From NCBI GenBank assembly GCA_964530335.1, contig CAZGYG010000001.1:79770-143769 (forward strand): DNA of 64,000 bases, given 5' to 3'. The DNA is from an uncultured Rhodospirillaceae bacterium (GTDB lineage Bacteria > Pseudomonadota > Alphaproteobacteria > SP197). The notes below the pieces were generated by a model. The model saw only the letters and a program-made list of their open reading frames with translations, ran no database searches and was not told the origin of the DNA. The stretch's first letter is position 1. Each line of letters starts with the position of its first letter. A program made the translations under genes and the position numbers. Shown here one piece after another: positions 39,927-49,740 of the stretch.

Positions 39927-41057
39927 ATGTCCACACGCACGAAACTTTCGCCGGACCGCCTGCGCGACGCGGCCGCCGCCGGCCGGTTGACCCGGCGCGA
40001 GCTGACCCGCGCGCTCGCCGCCGCCGGCATTGTCACCGTTTCGGCGCCGTTCGTGGCCCGACCGTCGCTGGCCGGATCGCTGACCGTGTTCACCTGGAGC
40101 GGTTACGACCTGCCCGAGCTGCACCAGCCCTACATCGACAAGTACGGCGCCTCGCCGGACTTCTCGCTGTTCGCCGACAACGACGAGGCGATCGAGAAGG
40201 TCAAGGCCGGGTTCCAGGTCGACATCGCCGTGCCGACCGGCTACATGACCGGCAAGTGGCTGGACGCCGGGTTGCTCCAGCCGATCGACACCTCGCGCCT
40301 TTCGAACTGGGGCGACGTGTTCGACGAGCTCAAGACGCTCAAGGGTACCCAGATGGACGGCAAGCAGCTCTCCATCCCGTGGGCGTGGGGCAACTCGTCG
40401 GTCGTGTTCCGCACCGATCTGGCGCCCGAGTACGTCGGTGCCGATTCGTGGATGATTTTGTTCGACGAGAAGTACAAGGGCCGCATCGCCGCGCGCGACG
40501 CCATGGATGGCGTCGTCGTCCCGGCGGCGCTCGCGCTCGGCTTCGACCCCTACAACATGAACGACGATGAGATCGCGCAAGTTCGCGCGCTCATAGAGAA
40601 GGGCCACGAGGTGGCGCGCTTCTATTGGAACGACCAGTCCGAGATCGAGCAGGCGCTCGCGGCCGGCGAGGTCGTTGCCGCCTACGCCTGGAACGACGGC
40701 TACAAGCGGCTCAAGGAGGCCGGCGTCCCGGTCGCCTACATGACGCCCAAGGAAGGCATCCTGGTGTGGGTCGACGCCCAGATCGTGCTGGCCAACGCCA
40801 GCGCCGATCCGGCGCAGATCTACGACTACCTCGACGCGACGCTATCGCCCGAGGTCGGCAAGTTCATGATCGACAGCTACGGCTACGGCTTCGCCAACCG
40901 CAAGGCGTTCGACATCGCCGATCCGGCGATCATCGAAAGCCTCGGCATGAAGAACCCCGAGGAGGTCATGGCCGCCGGGGTGTTCTTCGAGGGCATGGAA
41001 GGCGTCTATCGCACCCGCCTGATCCAGATGTTCGAGGAGGTCAAGGCCGGCGCCTGA
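39927..41057 (+). CDS. PotD/PotF-family periplasmic solute-binding protein with a Tat-type signal peptide (no adjacent permease)
   Basis: ATG at 39927 follows GGGGAGG. The N-terminus MSTRTKLSPDRLRDAAAAGRLTRRELTRALAAAGIVTVSAPFVARPSLA has a twin-arginine motif. The body is paralogous to 1-663. Confidence 0.85.
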   Translation: MSTRTKLSPDRLRDAAAAGRLTRRELTRALAAAGIVTVSAPFVARPSLAGSLTVFTWSGYDLPELHQPYIDKYGASPDFSLFADNDEAIEKVKAGFQVDIAVPTGYMTGKWLDAGLLQPIDTSRLSNWGDVFDELKTLKGTQMDGKQLSIPWAWGNSSVVFRTDLAPEYVGADSWMILFDEKYKGRIAARDAMDGVVVPAALALGFDPYNMNDDEIAQVRALIEKGHEVARFYWNDQSEIEQALAAGEVVAAYAWNDGYKRLKEAGVPVAYMTPKEGILVWVDAQIVLANASADPAQIYDYLDATLSPEVGKFMIDSYGYGFANRKAFDIADPAIIESLGMKNPEEVMAAGVFFEGMEGVYRTRLIQMFEEVKAGA

Positions 41058-41064
41058 GCAGGGT

Positions 41065-41958
41065 TCAAGCATCGGCGGCCGCGACCATCCGGAAGATGCC
41101 GGAGAAGTCCAGGCCGCCGTTGCCTTCCGCGCAGAAGCGGGCGTAGAGCGCCGCCGCCGCGCCACCGAGCGGCGTCGCCGCGCCGACCTGGCCGGCGGCG
41201 AGATCGGCCAGCCGCAGGTCTTTCAGCATCATCGCCGCGGTGAAGCCCGGCCGGTAATCGTGGTTGGCCGGCGAAGCCGGCAGCGGCCCGGGCACCGGAC
41301 AGTTGCTGGTCAGCGCCCAGCATTGCCCCGAAGAGCGCGAGGCCACGTCGAATAGCACCTGGCGGTCGAGCCCGAGCCGGTCGGCAAGCGCGAACGCTTC
41401 GCACACCGCGATCATCGACACGCCGAGAACGAGGTTGTTGCAGAGCTTCGCCGCCTGCCCGCTGCCCGATGGACCGGTATGCACCACGGCCTTGCCCATG
41501 GCCGCCAGCACCGGCTCGGCCCGGCCGAACGCCGCCGCCTCGCCGCCGACCATGAACGTGAGCGTCGCCGCCGTCGCGCCGCGCACCCCACCCGAGACCG
41601 GGGCATCGAGCATGGCGTAGCCGGCCGCGCCGGCCACGCCGGCGATCTCGCGCGCGGTCGCCACGTCGATGGTCGAGCAGTCGATCAGCAACGTCCCGGG
41701 GTCGGTGGCGGCGATGGCCCCGCCGCTTCCCAGATACACCGCCCGCACCTCGGCCCCCGAGGGCAGCATCGTGACGACGACATCGCGGCCGCGCACCGTT
41801 TCCGCCGCATCGGCGCCCGGCGCGCAACCGGCGGCGCGTGCCGCCTCGCGCGCGGACGCCGCCGGGTCGTACGCGCATACCTGATGCCCGGCCTTGACCA
41901 GGTTCGCGGCCATGGGCCCGCCCATGTTGCCGACGCCGATGAAGCCGATGCGCGCCAC
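41065..41958 (-). CDS. mmsB: 3-hydroxyisobutyrate dehydrogenase
   Basis: GTG at 41958, preceded by GGGAGG, gives (M)ARIGFIGVGNMGGPMAANLVKAGH. It continues ...MLPSGAEV...GSGQAAKLCNNL, the beta-hydroxyacid dehydrogenase signature. Confidence 0.85.
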   Translation of the reverse strand: MARIGFIGVGNMGGPMAANLVKAGHQVCAYDPAASAREAARAAGCAPGADAAETVRGRDVVVTMLPSGAEVRAVYLGSGGAIAATDPGTLLIDCSTIDVATAREIAGVAGAAGYAMLDAPVSGGVRGATAATLTFMVGGEAAAFGRAEPVLAAMGKAVVHTGPSGSGQAAKLCNNLVLGVSMIAVCEAFALADRLGLDRQVLFDVASRSSGQCWALTSNCPVPGPLPASPANHDYRPGFTAAMMLKDLRLADLAAGQVGAATPLGGAAAALYARFCAEGNGGLDFSGIFRMVAAADA

Positions 41959-42160
41959 GTTCGCCTCCCGCCAAGTTCCGCCGTTCGTTAAGCATCTCCG
42001 TGGGGTTAGCCGCCGATTGCGCACGCCCGCAAGGAGCCCTAGAATCACATCGAAACGGGATCATTCCGTTTTTCCGGATGCTTGTCATCGTCGCGACACA
42101 CAAGTGTGCGACGCAGGTTGCCGGTAACAAACCCCTCAACGATGTACGGGAGAGACTCAC

Positions 42161-43339
42161 TTGAACACGAAGCTGACCAATGACCAGCGCGGCGCGCTGG
42201 CCACGGTGCGGGCGGCGCAGGCCAGCCGCCGCGCCATCCTCAAGGGCGCGACCGCGCTTGGCGCGGTCGGGCTCCTGGCCCCGGCCTTTTCGCGTAACGC
42301 GCGGTCCTCGTCCGGGGAATTGCTGTGGTTCACCTGGGAGGACTACGCGCCCCAGCCGCTGGTCGACAAGTTCATCGCCGACACCGGCATCGACCTCAAG
42401 GTCACGACGTTTTCGTCCAACGAGGACCAACTCAACAAGCTGAAGGCCGCCAGCGGCAGCGGCTGGGACCTGGCCACGCCATCGGTGGCATGGGTGCCCG
42501 CCCACGTCGAGAACGGCAACCTCCAGGCGCTCGACGTGGCCAAGATCCCCAATCTCGCCAACATGTTTCCGAGCCTCCTGACGCAGTCGGAGTCGCTCGG
42601 CGCCATTGTTGAAGGCAACCGGTACGCGTTGCCCTACGACTGGGGCACGGAGGCGCTCGCCTACAACACCGAGTTGGTGCAGCTCGAGTACGGCAAGGCC
42701 TCGTTCGGCGACCTCTGGGCACCGGAGCACGCCGGCAAGATGCTGTGCCGCCAGCGCTCGATCATGCTCGGCACCGGGCTGTGGATGGAAGGCGAGGGCA
42801 AGCTGCCCGCGGGCACCATGCGCAACGCTTACGCCGACGAGGCGGCCTTCGACCTCGGCTACGGCACGGCCGCCGACTTCGTGATCGCCAACAAGACCCA
42901 GATCGTCAACTGGTGGAAGGGCACCGCCGATACGCAGTCCGGCTTCGAGCAGGACGGCGCGGTGATCGGCATGACCTGGGACGGCCCGATCTTCCAGCTC
43001 AAGAACCAGGGCCGGCCGTTCAACTACTTGGCACCCAAGGAAGGCGCGCTGGGCTGGATCGACACCATCGCGCTCACGGCCGGCGCCGAGAACCTCGACC
43101 AGGCCTACGAGTTCATCAACTGGTCGCTCATCGCGGAAAACGGCGGCCTCGCCTCGGACAACACCACGTACAACTCGGTGGTCCAGGGCTTCGACGCCTA
43201 CGTCAGCGAGTCGTTCAAGAAGAACTTCGCCGACGCCTATCCCGGCGATGCCATCGACCGGCTGTGGATGCAGGGCATCGAGCCCACGTGGTTCCTGGAG
43301 AAGCGCCAGGGCATGGTGGACAAGATCTCGGCAGCCTGA
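42161..43339 (+). CDS. PotD/PotF-family periplasmic solute-binding protein with a consensus Tat signal (SRRAILKG)
   Basis: There is no in-frame ATG near the 5' end. The start is TTG 42161 (after GGGAGAG) or GTG 42206. Sequence QASRRAILKGATALGAVGLLAPAFS, then a polyamine-type SBP body (WFTWEDYAP..., PYDWGTEALAYN). Confidence 0.8.
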   Translation: MNTKLTNDQRGALATVRAAQASRRAILKGATALGAVGLLAPAFSRNARSSSGELLWFTWEDYAPQPLVDKFIADTGIDLKVTTFSSNEDQLNKLKAASGSGWDLATPSVAWVPAHVENGNLQALDVAKIPNLANMFPSLLTQSESLGAIVEGNRYALPYDWGTEALAYNTELVQLEYGKASFGDLWAPEHAGKMLCRQRSIMLGTGLWMEGEGKLPAGTMRNAYADEAAFDLGYGTAADFVIANKTQIVNWWKGTADTQSGFEQDGAVIGMTWDGPIFQLKNQGRPFNYLAPKEGALGWIDTIALTAGAENLDQAYEFINWSLIAENGGLASDNTTYNSVVQGFDAYVSESFKKNFADAYPGDAIDRLWMQGIEPTWFLEKRQGMVDKISAA

Positions 43340-43358
43340 GCCAGGCTTGACACGTCAA

Positions 43359-43398
43359 GGCGCGCCGCTCCGATCCGGGGCGGCGCGTTCTTGCGTTT
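43359..43398 (+). terminator. Intra-operon hairpin / attenuator after the binding-protein gene
   Basis: Stem CGCGCCGC (43361-43368) pairs with GCGGCGCG (43380-43387), with further inner pairs, followed by TTCTTGCGTTT. This is the typical position for differential expression of an SBP versus the permease genes. Confidence 0.45.
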
Positions 43399-43410
43399 CG
43401 GGGCACGGAA

Positions 43411-44523
43411 TTGCGCATCGTCCGGATCGAGACCTTCACCAACAGCTTCATCGGCTTCGTGCGCCTGACCCGGGCCGACGGCGCCCAGGGCTGGGGCCAG
43501 GTTTCGACCTACAACTCGGACATCACCTGCCAGGTCCTGCACCGGCAGGTGGCGCCCCACGTGCTGGGCGCCGAGGTGCCCGACGTCGCGGCGCTGGACG
43601 CCCTGCTCGACCGCGTCGAGGAGAAGGAGCACAAGTTTCCGGGCTCGTACCTCAAACGCGCGACGGGCGGCTTCGACACCGCGCTCTGGGACCTGTGGGG
43701 CAAGGCCGCGGGCAAGCCGGTGGTCGCCCTGCTCGGTGGCACGCCCGGACCCCTGCGCGCCTACGCCTCGTCGATGAAGCGCGACATCACCCCGGCGGCC
43801 GAGGCCGAGCGCTTCGCGCGGCTGCGAGGCGAACAAGGATTCGACGCCTTCAAGTTCCGCGTCGGCGCGGAATGCGGCCACGACGTGGACGAATGGCCGG
43901 GCCGCACCGAGGCGATCGTGCCGGCGATCCGTCGCGCGCTGGGCGCCAAGGCTTCGCTTCTGGTCGACGGCAACTCCGGATTCTCGCCGCCCCGCGCGAT
44001 CGAGGTCGGGCGATTGCTGGAAAGCGAAGGCGTCGAGCACTTCGAGGAACCCTGCCCCTATTGGGAGCTCGAGCAGACGAAGCAGGTGACGGACGCCCTG
44101 ACCGTCGCCGTCGCGGGCGGCGAGCAGGACTGCGAGCTGACCGTCTGGCGGCGGACGATCGGCGGGCACGTCGTCGACATCGTCCAGCCGGACATCCTTT
44201 ACCTCGGCGGCGTGGCGCGGACCCTGCGGGTCTGCCGCATGGCCCAGGCGGCCGGCATGGCGGTGACACCCCACGCCGCCAATTGGGGGCTGGTGACCCT
44301 GTTCACCATGCACCTCCTGCGCGCGATCCCCAGCGCCGGGAAATACCTTGAGTTCTCGATCGAGGGGCCGGACTACTACCCGTGGCAGTACGGGCTCTAC
44401 CGGCGCGACCCCTATGGCGTCGCCGAGGGCAAGGTGTCCGTCGGCGGCGAACCCGGCTGGGGCATCGAGATCGCGCCCGAATGGCTGGCGCGGTCGAGCT
44501 ACGAAATGAGCGAGTTTCCCTAG
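43411..44523 (+). CDS. Enolase-superfamily enzyme (mandelate racemase / muconate lactonizing enzyme family), substrate unknown
   Basis: TTG start at 43411 gives (M)[10 protein letters not shown]. It has the capping domain, then [21 protein letters not shown] and VAGGEQD (metal-ligand D/E/E positions). Confidence 0.8.
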   Translation: MRIVRIETFTNSFIGFVRLTRADGAQGWGQVSTYNSDITCQVLHRQVAPHVLGAEVPDVAALDALLDRVEEKEHKFPGSYLKRATGGFDTALWDLWGKAAGKPVVALLGGTPGPLRAYASSMKRDITPAAEAERFARLRGEQGFDAFKFRVGAECGHDVDEWPGRTEAIVPAIRRALGAKASLLVDGNSGFSPPRAIEVGRLLESEGVEHFEEPCPYWELEQTKQVTDALTVAVAGGEQDCELTVWRRTIGGHVVDIVQPDILYLGGVARTLRVCRMAQAAGMAVTPHAANWGLVTLFTMHLLRAIPSAGKYLEFSIEGPDYYPWQYGLYRRDPYGVAEGKVSVGGEPGWGIEIAPEWLARSSYEMSEFP

Positions 44524-44571
44524 GCGGCGGTCGCCGCTACGATGGCGCGAACGGATCGTGGCGGGAGGGCC

Positions 44572-45663
44572 ATGGACAGCGATCTGATTTTCAGCCATGT
44601 CGTGAAGCGGTTCGGCCACTTCACGGCGGTCGACGACCTGGACCTCACGATCGAGGAAGGCGAGTTCTTCTCGTTCCTCGGCCCGTCGGGCTGCGGCAAG
44701 ACGACGATCCTGCGCATGGTGTCGGGCTTCATCGACCCGAGCGAGGGCACGATCGCGCTGGGCGGCCAGGACCTGGCCAGGTTCGGCCCCAACAAGCGGC
44801 CGACCGCGCTGATCTTCCAGAACCTCGCGCTGTTCCCGTTGATGTCGGTCGCCGACAACATCGGGTTCGGCCTCGATGTGCGCGGCGTGAACAGGACCGC
44901 GCGCCAGCAGAGGATCGAGCATCTGCTCGATCTCATCGCCATGCCCGGCTTCGCCGATCGCGGCATCGATGAACTGTCGGGCGGCCAGAAGCAGCGCATC
45001 GCCATCGCCCGCGCCCTGGCGGTGGAGCCGAAGGTGCTGCTGCTCGACGAGCCGCTATCGGCGCTCGACCTCAAGCTGCGCCAGCACATGCGGGCCGAGC
45101 TGCGCGCCATCCAGCGGCGCACGGGGATCACCTTCATCTACATCACCCACGACCAGGGCGAGGCGCTGGCGATGTCCGACCGGGTCGCGGTGATGAGCCA
45201 GGGCCGGGTCGAGCAGATCGGCATCTCGTCCGAAATCTACAACCATCCGGAAACCGCTTTCGTCGCCTCGTTCGTCGGCGAGAACAACCTGTTCGCCGGG
45301 CGCGTCGCCGCCACCTCCGACGCGGTGGCCCAGGTGGACACCGCCTTCGGACGCCTGTCGGGACGCAACCCGCGCGGCCTAAAGCCCGGTGATGAGGCGT
45401 TCGTGTTCGTGCGCCCGGAGCGATTGCGCCTGGCGCCGTCCGACGGCTCGGGCGAGAACGCCGTCGCCTCGACGGTGCTGGGCGAGATGTTCGAGGGCAT
45501 CACGGTCAACATTTCGCTCGCCAATCCGGACGGGCGGCCGATCGTCGTCACAATGTCGAACGACGGCGCGGTGCCAACCTTCGAGGCGGGCTCGCCGCTG
45601 ACCGCGTACTTCGGGCCGGACCACGCGACGGTGCTGCCCCAGGGATCCCTCGCCCGTGCGTGA
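44572..45663 (+). CDS. ABC-transporter ATP-binding protein (PotA-like)
   Basis: ATG at 44572 follows GGGAGG. Walker A GPSGCGKTT, signature LSGGQKQRIAIARAL, Walker B LLLDEPLSALD. It has a C-terminal TOBE-like regulatory domain. Confidence 0.88.
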   Translation: MDSDLIFSHVVKRFGHFTAVDDLDLTIEEGEFFSFLGPSGCGKTTILRMVSGFIDPSEGTIALGGQDLARFGPNKRPTALIFQNLALFPLMSVADNIGFGLDVRGVNRTARQQRIEHLLDLIAMPGFADRGIDELSGGQKQRIAIARALAVEPKVLLLDEPLSALDLKLRQHMRAELRAIQRRTGITFIYITHDQGEALAMSDRVAVMSQGRVEQIGISSEIYNHPETAFVASFVGENNLFAGRVAATSDAVAQVDTAFGRLSGRNPRGLKPGDEAFVFVRPERLRLAPSDGSGENAVASTVLGEMFEGITVNISLANPDGRPIVVTMSNDGAVPTFEAGSPLTAYFGPDHATVLPQGSLARA

Positions 45664-46558
45664 GGCGATCAAGCGGTTCGGCACGCTCGGCGTCGCCTTC
45701 ATCTTCGGATCGGTGGCGGTGTGGGCGCTGCTGCTGATCCTGATTCCTCACCTGATGCTGATCGACTACGCCTTCCACGCCAACCCGGGGGCGGTCAAGA
45801 AGGGATTGGCCGAACCCGGCATCACGTTCTACTCGTTCCTGCCGCTCGTCGATACCGAGGACGACCTGGCGCTGCGCACGTTCATCCGCACGCTGCTGAC
45901 CAGCGGCGTCATCACCGTGCTCGCGCTCATCCTCTGCTATCCGCTGGCGTACTACCTGGCCAAGGTCGCGACCAACAAGTGGCTGAGCGTGTTGATGCTC
46001 TGCCTGCTCATCCCCTATTGGGTGAACGAGGTGCTGCGCGCCTATGCCTGGCGCACGCTGATGTCGAAGCTGGGCCTGATCAACCAGCTCGCCGTCGGGG
46101 CCGGGTTCCCCCCGTTCGAGTTCTTCAATTACGAGCTGCCGATCCTCGATTCGAACATCGCGCTTTTCGTCGGCCTGATCTACTCGTACGTGCTGTTCAT
46201 GATCTTCCCGATGTTCAACGCGATGGAGAGCCTGGACCGCAACCAGGTGGAGGCGGCGCGCGACCTCGGGGCAAGCTGGGTCCGGGTGCATCGCAAGATC
46301 GTCATTCCCCACGCCAAGCCGGGCATCGCGTCGGGCTGCATCGTCACCTTCATGCTGACGGCGGGTTCGTTCATCGTGCCGGTGCTGCTGGGCGGCAGGT
46401 CCAGCTTCTGGTTCACCCAGGCGATCGAATCGCAGTTCTCGGTGCTCAACTGGAATGGCGGCTCTGCCTACTCCCTGGTGCTCGAGCTGGTGTGCCTGAT
46501 CTTCGTCATCGCGATGATGCGGGTGTTCCGCGTCACGCTCCGCGACATCACGCGCTAG
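45656..46558 (+). CDS. ABC-transporter permease (PotB-like)
   Basis: GTG at 45656 overlaps the ATPase stop. It has 6 TM segments and the EAA loop EAARDLGASWVRVHRKIVIPHAKPG. Confidence 0.85.
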   Translation: MREAIKRFGTLGVAFIFGSVAVWALLLILIPHLMLIDYAFHANPGAVKKGLAEPGITFYSFLPLVDTEDDLALRTFIRTLLTSGVITVLALILCYPLAYYLAKVATNKWLSVLMLCLLIPYWVNEVLRAYAWRTLMSKLGLINQLAVGAGFPPFEFFNYELPILDSNIALFVGLIYSYVLFMIFPMFNAMESLDRNQVEAARDLGASWVRVHRKIVIPHAKPGIASGCIVTFMLTAGSFIVPVLLGGRSSFWFTQAIESQFSVLNWNGGSAYSLVLELVCLIFVIAMMRVFRVTLRDITR

Positions 46559-46567
46559 CGAGGCGGC

Positions 46568-47440
46568 ATGGGCAACCACAAGACCCTGCTGACCTGGGCG
46601 ATCAGGGCCTACCTGCTGGTGTTCTTCGGCTACATGCTGTTCCCGATGGCGTACCTGTCGCTGCTCGCCTTCAACACCAGCCGCATCCCGACCCACCGCG
46701 ATTTCAGCTTCACCCTGGAATGGTTCCCCGCGGCCTTCCACGATCGCCGGATGTGGGAAGGCCTGGAGAACAGCATCTACATCGCCTTCGTGGTCGTGGC
46801 GATCTCGATCACGCTCGGCCTCGGCGGCGCGCTCATGCTGGTGCGCCTGCAGGTGCGGGCCAAGAGCCTTATCTACGCGATCCTGGTGTCGCCGATCCTG
46901 GCGCCGGGCATCGTGCTCGGCATCTCGACCTTCATCTTCTGGAGCCAGCAGGTCGGCCTGCGCGCCTCGTGGTGGACCGCGGCGCTGGCGCAGTCGAGCT
47001 TCATCTCGGCGTACTGCATGTTGATCTTCATGGCCCGGCTCCAGCGCTTCGACACGACGCTGGAGGAAGCCGGCCTCGACCTGGGCGCGACCCCGCGCCA
47101 GGTCTTCTGGCGCATCACCGTTCCCTACATGCGCCCCGCGTTCCTGTCGGCGGGGGCGCTCGCGTTCCTGCAGTCGTTCGAGAACTTCACGACGACCTAC
47201 TTCTCGATCGGCGCCGAAAGCACGTTCACCATCTTCATCGCCAACAAGGTGCGCCAGGGCGTCACGCCGGCGGTCAACGCCGTCGCCGTCATCATCATCG
47301 CCACCACCATCTCCGTCGCGGTGGTGTTCGAGATCCGTCGGCGCCGCCGCGCCGAGCGCGCCGCCGAGGCCGTCCGCCGGGCCCAGATCATCGACATCGA
47401 GCTCGCCGGCTCCTTGCGGCCCCAGAACAGCGCGGCGTAG
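46568..47440 (+). CDS. ABC-transporter permease (PotC-like)
   Basis: 290 aa, 6 TM, with the EAA loop EEAGLDLGATPRQVFWRITVPYMRPA. Confidence 0.85.
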   Translation: MGNHKTLLTWAIRAYLLVFFGYMLFPMAYLSLLAFNTSRIPTHRDFSFTLEWFPAAFHDRRMWEGLENSIYIAFVVVAISITLGLGGALMLVRLQVRAKSLIYAILVSPILAPGIVLGISTFIFWSQQVGLRASWWTAALAQSSFISAYCMLIFMARLQRFDTTLEEAGLDLGATPRQVFWRITVPYMRPAFLSAGALAFLQSFENFTTTYFSIGAESTFTIFIANKVRQGVTPAVNAVAVIIIATTISVAVVFEIRRRRRAERAAEAVRRAQIIDIELAGSLRPQNSAA

Positions 47441-47454
47441 CCGCCCGCCGTCCC

Positions 47455-48501
47455 TCAACCGTCGAAGTCGAGTTCGCCCTCGGGCAGCGGCGCGAACAGA
47501 GCGTCGACGGCACCCGCGTCCACGTCCGTCAGCGTAGCGGGGCGCCAGGATGGCGCGCCGTCCTTCTCGATCACCGCGGCGCGCACGCCTTCCGGGAAAT
47601 CCCAGCCCCGCACGAAACGCTGGGTCAAGCGGTACTCGAGGCGGATCGCGTCCTCGAGCTCGAGCCCGGCGCCAAGCCGAAGCTGACGGAACGTCACCGC
47701 CAGGCTGGTCGGCGACTTGGTTCCCAGCGTCGCGAGCGTCGCCCGTGACCATTCGTCGTCCTCCGCCTCGAGCGCGGCGAAGATACCGGCCAGCGAAGCC
47801 GCGCCGAAGCAGCGGTCGATCGCCGCGCGCCGTTCGGCCAGGGGCGGCACGCCCGGGTCCGCGGCCAGGCCGTCGAGCGCGCGCTCGATACTTCGAGGTT
47901 CCGGTCCCACCGTCGCCAAGGCGGCACGGAGTTCGCGCCAACGCGCCGACGCCACGTAGTGGGTCGCGAACCCGGCGTAGAGCGAGTCCACGGCGCCCAG
48001 GCGGGCGCCGATGAGCCCCAGATACATGCCGATCGCGCCCGCCATGCGCGGCAGGAAGTAGGTGGCGCCGACGTCGGGGAAAAGCCCGATCCCGGTTTCC
48101 GGCATGGCGAAGATCACGCGGTCGCCGACAATCCGGTGCGAGCCGTGGATCGAAAGCCCGACGCCGCCGCCCATGACGATGCCGTCGACCAGCGCGACAT
48201 AGGGCTTGGAAAGCCGCGCGATGCGCCGGTTCAAGCGGTATTCGTCGCGGTAGTAGTCCCGCGTCAGGGCGAAGTCGCCCCGCCGCATCGCCTGGTAGAG
48301 CACCCGAATGTCGCCGCCGGCGCAGAACGCGCGCCCCCCTGCCCCCTCCACGACCACGGCGCCGACCTCGCCCGACCACGCCGCGAGCCGAGCGTCGAGC
48401 GCGAGCGCCATCTCGTGGGTCAGGGCGTTGAGCGCCTGGGGCCGGTTGAGCACGACCCAGCCCACGGCGCCCTTGCGCTCGAACAGGATACCGTCGCTCA
48501 A
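47455..48501 (-). CDS. Enoyl-CoA hydratase-fold enzyme, 3-hydroxyisobutyryl-CoA hydrolase type
   Basis: TTG start at 48501 overlaps the upstream stop (TTGA). Motifs FCAGGDI, GIVMGGGVGLS and MPETGIGLFPDVG. The length of 348 aa is typical of the hydrolase subgroup. Confidence 0.75.
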   Translation of the reverse strand: MSDGILFERKGAVGWVVLNRPQALNALTHEMALALDARLAAWSGEVGAVVVEGAGGRAFCAGGDIRVLYQAMRRGDFALTRDYYRDEYRLNRRIARLSKPYVALVDGIVMGGGVGLSIHGSHRIVGDRVIFAMPETGIGLFPDVGATYFLPRMAGAIGMYLGLIGARLGAVDSLYAGFATHYVASARWRELRAALATVGPEPRSIERALDGLAADPGVPPLAERRAAIDRCFGAASLAGIFAALEAEDDEWSRATLATLGTKSPTSLAVTFRQLRLGAGLELEDAIRLEYRLTQRFVRGWDFPEGVRAAVIEKDGAPSWRPATLTDVDAGAVDALFAPLPEGELDFDG

Positions 48502-49652
48502 GACAGCGCCGCGTCGTCGTCGAGCAACCGCCGCGCGATGATCAGGCGCATGATCTCGTTGGTGCCCTCGAGGATGCGGTGGACCCGCACGTCGCGCACG
48601 TAGCGCTCGAGCGGCAGGCTCCTGAGGTAGCCGTAGCCGCCGTGGAGCTGGAGCGCCTGGTCGCAGACCTCGAACGCGATGTCAGTGGCCAGCCGCTTGG
48701 CCATGGCGCAGCGCATGGTCGCCTCGGGGTCAACAGCGTCGAGCGCGGCGGCCGCCCGCCAGACCATGAGCCGGGCGGCCTCGAGCTCGGTCGCCATGTC
48801 GGCGAGCCGGAAGCGCAGCGCCTGGAACTCCGACAAGGTCTTGCCGAACTGGCGGCGCTCGCGCAGGTAGCGGCGCGCCGCCTCGAGCGCGGCGCGCGCG
48901 GTGCCCACGGCGCACGCGGCGATGTTGACGCGCCCACCGTCCAGCCCGGCCATGGCGATGCGGAACCCCTCGCCTTCGGCGCCGACCCGGTTGGCCACGG
49001 GCACGCGGCAGCCGTCGAAGTGGACGGCGGCGGTCGGCTGGCTGTTCCAGCCCATCTTGCGTTCCGGGGCGCCGAACGAGAGCCCGGCCGTGCCCGCCTC
49101 GACGCCGAGGCAACTGATGCCGCCCGGCCCCGCCGCGCCGGTCCGCACCATGGTCAGATAGAGGTCGCTCGCCCCGGCGCCCGAGATGAACGCCTTGGCG
49201 CCGTCCACCACGTAGGCGTCGCCGGCGCGCACGGCGCGGGTGGCGAGCGCGGCGGCGTCGGAGCCGCTGTCCGGTTCGGTCAGGCAGTAGCTCGCCAGCT
49301 TGGCCATGGGCACCAGGTCAGGCAGCCAGCGCGACCGCTGGGCGTCGTCGCCGAAGGCGTCGATCATCCAGGCGACCATGTTGTGGATCGACAGGTACGC
49401 CGCGGTCGCGGTGCAACCCGCCGCCAGCTCCTCGAAGATCAGGGCCGCGTCGACGCGGCCGAGCCCGGTGCCGCCCGAGCCCTGGCGCACGCAGATTGCG
49501 GCGAAACCGAGCGCCGCCGCCTTGCGCAGGGTCGCCACGGGGAACGTCGCCGTTTCGTCCCAGCGGGCCGCGTTGGGCGCCAGCTCGGCCGTGGCGAACG
49601 TGCGCGCGAGGTCGCGGTACGCCAGACGCTCCTCGCTCAGCGTGAAGTCCAT
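48498..49652 (-). CDS. Acyl-CoA dehydrogenase (isobutyryl-CoA dehydrogenase-like)
   Basis: 384 aa: YCLTEPDSGSDAAAL...GGYGYLRSLPLERYVRDVRVHRILEGTNEI. Confidence 0.85.
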   Translation of the reverse strand: MDFTLSEERLAYRDLARTFATAELAPNAARWDETATFPVATLRKAAALGFAAICVRQGSGGTGLGRVDAALIFEELAAGCTATAAYLSIHNMVAWMIDAFGDDAQRSRWLPDLVPMAKLASYCLTEPDSGSDAAALATRAVRAGDAYVVDGAKAFISGAGASDLYLTMVRTGAAGPGGISCLGVEAGTAGLSFGAPERKMGWNSQPTAAVHFDGCRVPVANRVGAEGEGFRIAMAGLDGGRVNIAACAVGTARAALEAARRYLRERRQFGKTLSEFQALRFRLADMATELEAARLMVWRAAAALDAVDPEATMRCAMAKRLATDIAFEVCDQALQLHGGYGYLRSLPLERYVRDVRVHRILEGTNEIMRLIIARRLLDDDAALS

Positions 49653-49740
49653 GGTCGCCTCCTGCGCGATGATCGAGGGCGGCCTGCCCGGGTGTCAACG
49701 CGACCTTGACAGGCCGGGACCGCTCGTGTTGGTTTCCCAC

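Noticed and set aside
42052-42085. A small hairpin, GAAACGG-GATCATT-CCGTTTT, followed by a T-run in the mmsB/binding-protein intergenic region, which could be a terminator or a small RNA 3' end.
   Set aside because: The stem is only 6-7 bp with a G-U pair. No upstream plus-strand gene ends here. Evidence is insufficient.
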